Assembly (NCBI GenBank): GCA_002189035.1
Contig: NEEC01000021.1
Coordinates: 1,426,001-1,490,000 of the forward strand
Source: Utricularia gibba
Lineage: Eukaryota; Plantae; Magnoliophyta
Length of the DNA: 64,000 nt
Direction: 5' to 3'
Part shown: piece by piece, positions 1 to 11,529 of the stretch
Layout of the letters: each line of letters starts with the position of its first letter
How positions within the stretch are numbered: position 1 is the first letter of the stretch
The notes under the pieces: model-generated
The model's database searches: none
The model's input: the letters and a program-made list of their open reading frames with translations, nothing else
Told to the model about the DNA's origin: nothing
Made by a program: the position numbers and the translations under genes

Positions 1-129
1 TTTAATATTGAGAACTAATGTCGGTTGTGGTAAGGCAGAGCTATTTTTATATTCAGAACTAATGTAGGTTGCTGTTAGGCAGAGAGTTGTTAAATATGAA
101 GGTGGAACTGTGATCGGAGTTCAAGTTCC

Positions 130-2575
130 ATGCTTGAAGAACAATCAAGCATGATGCAGATGCTGGGAGGAGCCCGAATCGGTATTCCGGCGGTGCTGTG
201 CATCCTCTTGCTGCTGCCGACGGGGCGGAGCAGCCCGCCGGAGAATCCCGTCAGCTGCGCCGGACCAGGAAACTCTACCTGCACCGTTACTAATGGGTAC
301 GGCGCCTTCCCCGACAGAAGCGTATGCCGCGCCGGGGTGGTGGCGTACCCCACTTCCGAAAGCGACGTCGTGTCCATCGTGTCCAATGCCAGCATGTCCG
401 GCCGGAAGATGAGGGTGGTGACTCGATACTCCCACAGCATCCCGAAGCTGGTGTGCACCGACGGCGATGACGGTGTGGTGATAAGCACCAGGTATCTTAA
501 CCGGATCCTGGAGATCGACGGCGTCGCGATGACGGCCACCGTGGAGAGCGGCGTGACGCTGAAGGAGCTCATCCAGGGGGCCGCTGCGGTGGGGCTGGCG
601 CTGCCGTATGCTCCCTACTGGCTGGGGTTGACGGTGGGTGGATGTTGGGCACCGGAGCGCACGGCAGCTCGCTGTGGGGCGTCGGGAGTCAGGTTCTCCT
701 CAGCTCCCCTCCTTTCTCACGTTGCACGTCTCTATGAAGCTTTAACCTCCTCCCGTCAGGTTCACGATTACGTCACCCGACTGCGGATAGTGTCGCCGGC
801 CGGAGCCGCCGACGGATTCGCGAAAGTTCGAGAACTGCAGAATGGGGATCCTGATCTTGATGCGGCCAAGGTTTCTTTAGGAGTGCTTGGAGTCATCTCA
901 CAGGTAAGCATGGGAAGAAGACTTTGGGTCATTTACAAAATTTTTATCACTTACTCAAATAAAAATTGTTAATTGAACATAGTCAATTTTTCATACATTT
1001 CATCAAAGTTGACCAGATATTTAATATACCCTTAGATTTTCTGTTTTTTAATTATAGCTTTAATAAAAAAATATTAATAACATTATTTAAAGATAGGAAT
1101 AATTTTATTATTTAATTATTTAATCATGATAATAATACAAACTCATAAACTTATGGTATGAAAATATATTTTTTAAAAAACATTTTCCCTCTAATTTTTC
1201 GGTTTTGGCAATGAAAATTATTTGGTTTTTCCATAATATTCTACTTATTTCTGATTAAATAATGATTTTCTTTTAATTTTGAATTATAATTTTCATAAAA
1301 AATTAGTTAATAATTTCCAAAGTCAGCATGTTTGAGCCACAGTATCCAAACTCGGGAGTCTTCTTCATGCAGGTGACTTTGCAGTTGCAGCCCATATTCA
1401 ACCGGCAGGTGACTTACATCACGAAAGATGACTCCGACTTGGCAGAACAAGTCCTCAGCTTCGGCAGGCAGCACGAGTTCGCCGACATCGGATGGTTTCC
1501 CAGCCAAAAAACCGCCCTCTATCGGGTGGATGATCGAGCTCCGGCGGACGCATTCGCCCGTGGGAGGTACGACTTTCTGGGGTTTCGCTCCGTGCCATCG
1601 GCTGTTGTTCTCTCTCAGAGGGCCCTCGGTGAGCAGGAGAACGAGTATCAGTAATGACCACTGTGAAGGTTCTGATTTTGAGTATGGTTTTGTCAGAGGA
1701 GACGCAGGAGCTGTTTGGAGACGCGGCAGGGAAATGCGCGAGCGCCAAGCTTGGAGCAGCAACACTGCGGACTCTTGCCTATGGACTCACAAACGATGGT
1801 AGATTGAGCATAAATGTTGAATACCCTGTGAAATCGAACCAGTAATGTTGTTGACTGCTTTGATCTAGGAATTATCTTCAAGAAATACCCTGTGGTCGGC
1901 CGGCAAGACCATATCCAATCTTCGGGAACCTGCCTCGACAGCTCGGAAGACGGCCTGACCAACGTCTGCTCATGGGATCCCAGAATCAACGGCTTATTCT
2001 TCCACCAGACAACCTTCAGCATCTCACTCTCACAGGTGAAAAGCTTCATCAAGGACGTCCAGGCCTTGGTCGATCTCGAGCCCAACTCCCTCTGCGGCGT
2101 CGAGCTCTACAACGGCATCCTCATGCGCTACGTCACCAGCTCCTCCGCATACCTCGGGAAGCAAGACGACGCCGTGGACTTCGACTTCAACTACTACAGA
2201 AGCCACGACCCCCAATCCCCCAGGCTCTTCGAGAACATCATGGAGGAGATCGAGCAGATGGGGTTGTTCAAATACAACGCCCTGCCGCACTGGGGTAAGA
2301 ATCGGAACCTCGCGTTTAAAGGCGCCATCGGAAAGTACCGAAACCGCGACGCATTCATTGCCGCCATGGGGCGGTTCGATCCGCTGCGGTTGATGTCCAG
2401 TGAATGGACCGATCAGGTTCTTGGGCTCCGCGACGGATTGAGCATCGTGCGCGACGGATGCGCCCTTGAAGGGCTTTGCATTTGCTCCGTGGACGCCCAC
2501 TGTGCGCCCAGCCGGGGCTACTTTTGCAGGCCGGGGAAGGTTTACAAGGAAGCTAGGGTTTGTGAGAAGGTTTGA
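130..2575 (+). CDS. GULLO: L-gulonolactone oxidase-like / plant FAD-dependent aldonolactone oxidase; 5 exons, one apparent 1-nt frameshift at ~640-642
   Basis: Signal-peptide-like N-terminus, then CTVTNGYGAFPDRSVC, HSIPKLVC, TVESGVTL, LPYAPYWLGLTVGG; the GTGAHGSSLWG motif appears in the shifted frame; C-terminal CSWDPRING..FHQT, LPHWGKNRN, CICSVDAHCAP. Exons about 130-692, 760-903, 1373-1628, 1697-1798, 1869-2575 with GT-AG junctions. Start could be 130 or 151. Confidence 0.9.
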
Positions 2576-2680
2576 GGACAGATGATGCTAATTGACTACA
2601 TGGACTAGACGGAGCGGAAGGACTCGATCCTTAAATAACTCGTTTGCTTTTAGTATGGATTGGCTCGTCTTCTTTAAATA

Positions 2681-2864
2681 ACCTTGTTAACAACTGTTAA
2701 GTTGAGTTAGTTAAAATTACTGTGTCTTCCTATATCTTTTCCCTGATTTTGTAATCCTCTCTCTATTCATGGTGCGGACCTTGTTAACAACTGTTAAGTT
2801 ACTTAGTTAAAATTACTGTGTCTTCCTACATATTTTTCATGATTTACGTTTGTTCATGGTGCAG
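2681..2864 (+). repeat. Direct tandem duplication of a ~97-bp unit (ACCTTGTTAACAACTGTTAAG...TTCATGGTGC)
   Basis: Copies start at 2681 and 2778; both share accttgttaacaactgttaagtt, ttagttaaaattactgtgtcttccta and end in ttcatggtgc. Confidence 0.9.
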
Positions 2865-3480
2865 TGAGCGTGGAGAAATCACGTATTGATCGATGGAGTA
2901 GCCAAACTCATGTCAATAGTAGCCACAAAAACAGCTCATATATTTGGGAAGCAAATGCACATAGGTGGATTATCAATGCTGAATGCATTTCATGAACGAG
3001 ATGTAAATCTTGCTAATGCATTGCATCTTAGCGGATGGATCTGATCATGCGAATGCATCTCTAGTAAGTGACCTCCTCAACACAAAGAACTACTTTGATT
3101 GACATCCAAGAGTACGATTGACCTTGGGAGCGGAAAACAAGCTAGACATCATCCTTGATGAAATAGCTAATCCTCGAATGATTGATTCCTCTTATAGTTT
3201 TTGGATCAGAAACGATTATATGTTAATATATTGGATACTGAATTCTATTTCGAAGGATTTGGTTGATGGGTTCACATGTTGTACCAATTTACATGACATG
3301 TAAAAAACTCTAGAAATGCATTATGGATAAATCAATTATAATATGTTGTATCATGTTCAGTTTAATTTGTATAACGTGATAACATACATTTGATGTTCGA
3401 AAATTCTTTTTGACAATCTACATCAGGTGGCTAGCTTACTAGTTAATCTACCTAATGGACAATGTGTTAATGTTAATTAT
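2685..3480 (+). mobile_element. Decayed Ty1/Copia LTR retrotransposon remnant (mini-LTRs, PBS, gag N-terminus, protease-region fragment)
   Basis: TG..CA-bounded short repeats at 2685-2769 and 2782-2856; PBS at 2857. Frame from ~3030 reads SDHANASLVSDLLNTKNYFD*HPRVRLTLGAENKL..WIRNDYMLIYWILNSISKDL..LHDM*, the Copia gag N-terminal pattern (Retrotran_gag_3/UBN2-type) with conserved Trp codons turned into stops. ~3385-3480 reads TYI*CSKILFDNL..VNLPNG, resembling the Copia protease region. Confidence 0.8.
2857..2874 (+). other. Retrotransposon primer-binding site complementary to the 3' end of plant tRNA-Phe(GAA)
   Basis: TGGTGCAGTGAGCGTGGA directly after the LTR-terminal CA. It matches 17/18 nt of the reverse complement of the plant tRNA-Phe 3' end as I recall it (..TCCACGCTCACCGCA-CCA). 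Confidence 0.7.
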
Positions 3481-5205
3481 CCATGTGTTTAAATTAATAT
3501 GTATAAAATGAATTAAAATTTGTTTTATTAATAAATCTTATGAGTGATAATATTTTTCAAAAACGTTATTGAGATAGTTATGTATATGTTTTCCGAAATG
3601 TATTGAAAAACATGTCTATCAAATATAATAATTTTTATTTGATTATGCTTATGGAAAATCATTTTTTAAAAAATTAATAATAAAATAAAATTTAAATATT
3701 GATATTTTTTAAAAAAATAAAAACGATATTAGATTTCCTTTTTCTAATTATTTTAGTAACAAAATTAATTTTGAAACAACAATATCAATTATGAATAATG
3801 ATCTGCCATTAATTTCTATTTTTGGATCCTATTTTCTTTGATTTTGTCGGAACAAGATGGGACACCATTATTTAATTCTGTTATTTTCCATTCATAAAAT
3901 ATTTATTTTTAATTTTGTGGAATATACGATGGCATTTATTGCTAAGCAATCATTTAAATGTTTCCAATTTTGGTCAATTTGCTTAAACAGAGCCAATGAA
4001 TGCTTCTGGAATTCTTTTAAAAAAAGATTAATGGGTATTAATTCTGTAATTTCAGTAGATTTTATATTTAATTTTTATTAAAAAATATTGAAATAATCTG
4101 TTGATATTTAAAGATAATTGTGGTATTTTTTTAATAATAGAAAAAGAATATGCCGATATTAATTAAATACAAATGCCCTCAACTGCTATTATTGCCCTTT
4201 TGAAAAGGTGAAGAAAATAAAATACTCACAGCGGCAGAGGCCAGTTCCGGTCTTGTGCTCGCTCAATTATCACAACCACCCCTATCGATCACTTTCCGCC
4301 GTTGCCGGCGATCTGTTTTGCCCGTACCTGAGAGGAAGATTTTCTGTGCCGCAGCTCCATACAAATTGGAGGCGCCGGCGATCGTTCATTTTTGGGGTAT
4401 CTGTGTCTGTTATTGTTTGATATTTGATTCGGGTGTGTTCTGGATGCGTGTGTTTTTTCAATTTTTTGGGGGATCAGTCAATTTTAGAGATGTGGGATGT
4501 CAAATGGTGGGAGTTCAGGTTCCTCGTTAATTTGTTTGAGTTTTTGACGATTTGTTTTTTTCTGTCATGGCTGTTATTCTTGAAAAATATATTATTGGGG
4601 TAAATCTGTGTCGAATCCAGCTCCTTCTGCGTTAATTCTCTGTATTGTTGCACTATTTCTTCGTTTTTTGGGATTCGATAATGGGAGTTAATTGGGTGTA
4701 GCTTGTGAGATTATGGTGCAGCGTTCTTTACAGATGCAATTACCTTGTTGTGTGGTTCAAATTTTGGGCTTCTCTTATTGTCTTCTCAATCTCTTTCGTA
4801 CATACAAATATCACTTTCAGACAACTATATACAGTGTTTTTTTTTTTACAAAATGTTACATTTTGTTTGAAAAAACGATTCTTATATCATCTAAAACGTT
4901 GTTTGGGTTTCGTCGTCAAATTAAGCTTGCATTCCTGTCAGATTCTTTGATCTCCAAGGAACCTCTTTTTCTTGTGGGGAGGGGGCAGTAGGGGCTAAAC
5001 CTTGTATTTGCTTAAAATGTGAATCTTGGTTTCTTATTGAATTAATTTATCTTTATCTTTATCTTTATAGTGTATGGTAGAAGATGCTGGCTTGCTTGTG
5101 ATGGTGGCATAGGTTGTGGACCCTTGATTGGAAGTCCAAAGCGTATTGACTGTTGCTTTCATGGATGATACCGTCCTCCAACCCTTGTGCCTTTGAGAAA
5201 CAGAC

Positions 5206-8200
5206 ATGGAAAAAAGCCAGATTGCCTCAAGGAACAGCTCTTTGAAATTGAAAACACAGCAAACTCTCCGCCGCCTGGGTTGAGTTCCCAAAATAGTGAA
5301 AAAAACCCAACAGTTGGTCCTCTGGAGAAACAAAATGGTGTAAAAAGATCAACATCACGAAGTTCTACAGTTATTAGTGATGAATCTAAGAAGTTCAAGA
5401 TGGACGAGCACAGGATTGATATTGTAGATGAGCATTCTGATTTACTTGGATATGAAGTGTTCTCGGGTAACCTTTCTTTTGTTAAAAAAACTTCCATTAA
5501 GAATGCCGAAGAGACAACATCAGTGGGTTCATCAAATATGAACTTGGATATGATCAATGCTAGACTTACATGCAAGGCTTTAATTTGGAGCTCTGAAATG
5601 CTATGTCTAGATGATCTGGTTTCAGTAAGTTGCTTCTGATTGAACAGATATTGCACACTTCTTGTACACTTGTATTTGCTTGACACATTTCTTCCATTTG
5701 ACAGCTATCCTACTGTGTTGGCCTAAGACATTTTACTCTACACGCATATCCAATAGGAAAGAGTTCATGTGGTCTTTTCTCAAAGAGTCATAGAAGCCGG
5801 AAGGATTTCTGTTTTTTTGCCCCTACCTCTGAAGATGCACTTCAGTGGGTTAATGCATTTGCAGATCAGCAGTGCTTCGTGAACTGCTTGCCTCATCCCA
5901 TGGCTTCTAAAAAGCAAAATTCAGCGTTTCCTTACAATGAGTTTCCTCCTGAATCATATATAAGGTGCAAAAGTTCACCGAAGATGCTTGTCATTTTGAA
6001 CCCTAGGTCAGGACATGGTCGTTCATCTAAGGTTTTCCATGGACTGGTGGAACCCATTCTCAAAGTAAGGGTTTTCCTGATTTTGAACCATGAAACACTT
6101 AAAAGGAATTCTCATGGAAGCACAGCATGGCCGTGCTGATAATTACTCTTTCTTGTTTATTCACAGCTTGCAGGATTTGATTTGGAGGTGGTGAAAACAT
6201 CACATGCTGGTCATGCTAGGAAACTTGCTGCTAGTGTTGACTTTAGCGCATGTCCTGATGGTATTTTCCTTTATGTTCTTTCTGTCACCAGTTATCACGG
6301 TTACATGTCTTTGGTTTGACTAATTGACTCCTTTCAGGTATTATATGTGTTGGAGGCGATGGAATTATAAATGAGGTGCATGATAGTTTTCTTTCTTGTA
6401 CAATAATATTTTCACTTAGTACTGCCAAAATCATGTCCTCTGTATCTACTATAGCTATCTGGATCTTCCCATTATTATTTTTTGAGGCTTTGCTTGAGCG
6501 ATTTGTCAAAATGGTTAGACCCCACTCAACTATGATCTTTGTCGTGCTCTTCGAATTAGGCATTTTTCAAGTAGCCTTAGAGGTCATTGCTCTGCATGCT
6601 CAAGATTTGCGCAATGTCCATTTGTCAATGATATGTCATTGCTTTTCCTTCATTGTTATATCATTGGTGTGTTTTCATTCGAGAAATGCAGGTTTTGAAT
6701 GGTTTACTTAGTAGAGAAAACCAAAAAGAAGCAATTTCAATTCCTATTGGAATCATTCCTGCTGGTTCTGATAACTCTTTGGTGTGGACCGTTCTTGGTG
6801 TAAGAGATCCAATATCAGCAGCAATTTCTATTGTCAAGGTACTTTGAGGCTTAGTCAGGAAGTGCGATGGTGTATTGGTTAGCAAGCATAAGCCTATGGT
6901 AACATTCTGAGAAGAATTGTCCAATCCACAGTTTTGTTATCAACTCAACCTATGAAGTGTTCGGTCTTGTTATCATTGCAGTTTACTGAGCAGTTTTCCC
7001 TGTTAATCTTCCTTTTTCCAGCTGATATGTACGGGTGTTTAAAGCACATTCTTTTATCTTTATAGCGACGAAGTTCATTTCCTCCGTCTGGCTCATACAT
7101 TCGAATATTTAGATTGTTATTTTTTCATGCATGTACCTGAACTATTCGTTTTTTTTTAAATTATAGGGAGGGCTTACAGCCATCGATGTGCTTGCCGTGG
7201 AATGGATTCACACTGGAGCTATTCAATTTGGAACTACAGCCACCTACTTTGGTTTCGTTAGTGATGGTAATTGAGCACTTTGTGGCTCTTTTGTTGTCCC
7301 TCATGGTGTTTAGTGGATGTTCATAAGGGTTTTAGTGGGAGTTGGTGACGTTTTGGAAAAAGCTTTATGTTCCATTCCTCTTCATTCATACAGTGTTTCG
7401 ACGTTCACCCTTTTGATTTTCTGCAGTGTTGGAACTATCTGAAAAGTACCAGAAGAGATTTGGCCCTTTGCGTTATTTCGTTGCTGGGTTTCTCAAGTTA
7501 CTCTGTCTGCCAACCTACACTTATGAAGTGGAATATCTTCCAGCACAGAGAGAAAAAGAACATATATCTGCTGGTCATGAAGTTATTGACATTTCTGAGC
7601 TTTACAACGACATCATGAGAAGATCTAGGAAGGAAGGCATTCCACGGGCTAACAGCCTTTCAAGTATAGATTCTATCATGACACCCTCTCGCACTCCTGG
7701 ACCTGATACAGATAGCTCAGAACCTTCTGATTATGTGCGGGCCATTGATGCGAAGTCAAAGCGAATGTCATCTGGAAGACTAAATGCCAATGATGAAGCA
7801 GAGGTTATTCATCCTCAACTCTCACATTCAGTTACTCCAACTGTGCCCAAGAGCAGGTCAAAGTCCAGATCAGAGAAAACAAGGCCAGCATCTCTCATGA
7901 CAAATGATGCTACTCGGGCTTCTTGGGCAATTCAACCACAAATGACAGAGAGGATATTTTGTCAACCATTTCGGATCCTGGTCCTGTATGGGATTCTGAA
8001 CCAAGGTGGGACACTGAACCTAACTGGGACGTAGAGAAGCGTATTGACCTCCCTGGACCACCAGAAGATTCAGATATTGGCTTTAAAACAAAAGAAATTG
8101 CCACAAAACAGGAGGAGAAATGGGTGCTTGCCAAAGGCCGCTTTCTTGGTGCCTTAGTGTGTAACCACTCCTGCAAAACCGTGCAAAGTTCTCAGGTTGT

Positions 8201-8560
8201 GGCTCCAATGGCAGAGCATGATGACAACTGCCTCGACCTTCTACTTGTTCGTGGAAGTGGCAGATTGAAGCTCCTGAAGTTCTTGTTGTCATTACAGACA
8301 GGCAAACACACCTCATTGCCTTACGTCGAATACATCAAGGTACAACAATCTCCAAAAACAACTTCTCGTATGAGTGACTGCACATGTTAACCGGATATTT
8401 TTTGACTCAGGTGAAGTCCGTAAGAATAAGACCAGGAAATCCTTCTCATGATGGATGTGGGATCGATGGCGAACTCTTCCCCATCAAGGGACAACTAGCC
8501 TGCTCTATTTTCCCCCAGCAATGCCGACTCATTGGCCGTTCTCCGCGTCCAAAAAACTGA
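5206..8560 (+). CDS. LCBK1: Sphingoid long-chain base kinase 1 (DAGK-type catalytic domain); two apparent 1-nt frameshifts (~5277-5280, ~7925-7927)
   Basis: Start MEKSQIASRNSSLKLKTQQTLRRLG resembles the LCBK1 N-terminus. Motifs LVILNPRSGHGRS, GIICVGGDGIINEVLNGLL, IPIGIIPAGSDNSLVW, VLELSEKYQKRFGPLRY, CGIDGELFP. Exons 5206-5624, 5705-6064, 6167-6260, 6338-6375, 6692-6838, 7167-7266, 7427-8339, 8411-8560. Confidence 0.92.
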
Positions 8561-9460
8561 CTTCTGTGCTTACATCCAATCCAGATGCTGCTGCACCATC
8601 TGATCTTCTGTTACACCTGCTCGTTGATGTTTGATCGGCCGCATTCTTTCCCAGATGAGTTCCACTTGAGTCTCTCAGCGCTTGGTGTATGAAGTGTTAG
8701 TTAGCTTCTTTGATGAATCTTAGGCATGACCAGAAGCTGTAGTTCCTTGAACTCAGTGTGTTGTTGTATTTGTAAGTAAAGCTGTCTGTGATTCTGGATA
8801 TCCATCTCTACGTTGGTAGAAGCTGCACGAGTTTGAAATAAACAAACCATACAATTTGGGAATGTTACAATTTGAAAACCAACACCCTAAAAATTGCTTA
8901 CCGTTGTCACCACCAATCAGGTGACATTGCTGATTGGTGATGTTGTATCTCAATTCTTCAAGCTTGTCCCATCTCTTCAGTTATCACAAAAAGTAGGTCT
9001 CACCGTTCTTTTGTTATTCGGTTTAACTAAGCAACAGCTGCATGGTTTGGTTTACTTCTTACCACAAATCTGAGCATCAGTTTGGTGGTTCAGGTGGTGC
9101 TTCAAACTATCACAGTATCGAGTGCAGTCAGGAAAGACAACCGTCAATCTAATGTGGATTCTGAATGTATAAAGAGCTATGAAATACAGAAAGTGTCAAT
9201 TTGCCCAAGAAGGGCAAGACCTGATGTTCTTAGTACAGCAGGAGGTGTGGCCACATGGCCATACACCCCAAAGTTACATATCAATGGACTTCATCCAATA
9301 TACTGCTTAACAAAAAAGAATCAACTTCATGACTTCTCTAACTCCCCACATAGTCACTGGATTTCGGATGTAATCCGGTGAAAAAAAGGATTCCAAAAAT
9401 GTTACACATTCCACAATCAAAAAGTCTTGTAAGAAATAAAGAAGTCATGTTTCTGTTCTT

Positions 9461-11529
9461 TTAGGCTGTAAGCTGATCGAGTTGCATCTGGTCAAGCCAA
9501 GCCCCTAAAACAGAATGATCAATTGAATCTACATGAGAATTAGGATCGGGACACTCACCGGATGGTGCAGCGCTAGAGATTCGAGCTGCAGTTTTGTCTG
9601 TCATCTCAGGTGATGTTTCCTTTACAAGAGATTGCACCCACGATACGTCAGGTTCTTCTTCATCAGTTTCCAGCTCAAATGATGATGATCTCTTTAGATG
9701 GCAATGGAGGCCAGCCCCAGCAGGCCAGTCTGTTTTGCCATTTTGAGATCCATAACTAGACCAAGCAGCGTTTGGAGACTCCATCATGGAAGGAGGGTTG
9801 GCCCAATATCACGGGAACTGAGACTCCGTGCCTGCTGCTGCATCCCCTCCCGCTGTGCAAGAGAAGTGAGATGATTACCAACTGGGGATGACGGTTCTGT
9901 GCTTCTTGGAGACATTCTTGGCGATGATACACCAAAAGAAGCCTGCAATAATGTTCGTGGGCCAAAGCCTCTAGGTGTGTTGATGGGCGGCAATATGCTT
10001 TGTTGAGGGTGGAAAGGATTGAGAACAGCTGACTTGTGTCTTGGAGAAAGAACACCAAAAGCAGCTGCCTGGTCAGAATATTTTGGAGATGAGGTAACCT
10101 CTGAGGAAAAAAGATCCTCGAGATTTGAAGGGGTTAGTGTAGACATAGAATGGCCAAAACTCAAAGCAGAACTTGGATGCGGCTGAGAGAACCGTTCCAT
10201 GTCACTGAAAGCCGGATGCTGGGCATCATAATCAGCCAGAACATTAAGGTCTTCGGGTGGTATATCACGAGCATTAAGTGCAGATCTCAGTCGACTAGAC
10301 TGCATATTGCTTCCTGGAAGAAAAAGATTTGGAACGTTGTTTTTAGGCCACGGCACAGCTGAGTGGGACATTCCATTTGCTGAAGGTGACAAAGGTTGAT
10401 TAAACACAGGAGACATTAAAGATTGTGATGTTGGAGAACCAGGAAGAAGGTTCAAAGCTGCAGCCATATCCATATAACTGGAAGCAGAAGCAGTAGATCT
10501 CGGAGATGGAACACCAGACCCTGTTGAGACATATAAGGGGCGAAGCTCCTCTTGGGTGTGCGCAAAAAAGCAAACCTGTCTAGCACAGCTTATGCCATCC
10601 TTACAAAGCCTAGTTCGATACTGAGCAGGGTGCAGCCAACACTCAAAGACACCATGAGCATATTCGCACATATCACCACGCCTACAAGTTCCCTTACGGA
10701 AGCCAGGACATGGGACACAGCTGTAGTGATATTTTCGAGGGTCTCTTCTGCGAGCATTTTCACCTGGGTGAGCAAAAGGGCACTCAGTCCAATCATGAGA
10801 ATATGCCCTTGAACAAGGCCGCACCTTGAACACATACATTCGAAACTCATCACTAGAATAGACACTATCTCTGATATCAGGAAAAGATGGATCAACAGGA
10901 TACTGCTTCTTCTCTGACAAAGAATTTACAGACGCACCTCCTGCTTTGGGAGCCACGGGAGAAGATACAAATTCTGATGGTAGGGCACCTTGACCGTTTA
11001 TAGATACAGAAACATCTAACTTGCCCTCGTCAACTGAACTATCAGAAAAACTTTTCATAAGCAAATCCTCAAGAGCAGCTCTAGCAACAGGAAGATTCGG
11101 CTGAGCTACAATAACATCAGCTGGCAGGCGGCCATTTGCATCACGAATACATGGATCGCACCCCACAGATAAAAGAAGCTTAACGACATCAAATGCGTTG
11201 ATGGAGGCTCCAGAAGCAGCACAATGCAAAGCAGTCCATTTATCTCGACCGCAAGCCTTGTTCAAGTCAAGCTCAGGGAGAGTTACTAAAAATTTCAATA
11301 CACCAATACTACCATACGAAGCAGCTAACATCAGCACAGTTCTCTCTTCCTCCATGATCTTCTTAGTCTCTTTATTCCTCACGTACCATAGTCCAGGACA
11401 ATTAATCGAAGACATATCAGATTCCAAGGAACTTTTTAAAGCTTCGACGTCGTCGTTAGCAGCCATCTCAAGCAAACTAAAAAGAGAATCCTTCATATCT
11501 CCAGATATGTCGTTCAAATCCCTCACCAT
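9461..11529 (-). CDS. Ankyrin-repeat, RR-tandem CCCH zinc-finger (TZF) protein; intronless CDS, one apparent frameshift at ~9802-9804
   Basis: Ankyrin repeats (RTVLMLAASYG, WTALHCAASG), RR region (YSSDEFRMY.FKVRPCSRAYSHDWTECPFAHPGENARRRDP), tandem CCCH (CPGFRKGTCRRGDMCEYAH, CKDGISCARQVCFFAH) and the conserved C-terminus EPDVSWVQSLVKE..LGAWLDQMQLDQL. First in-frame ATG is at 11529; the frame stays open to ~11640. Confidence 0.92.
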
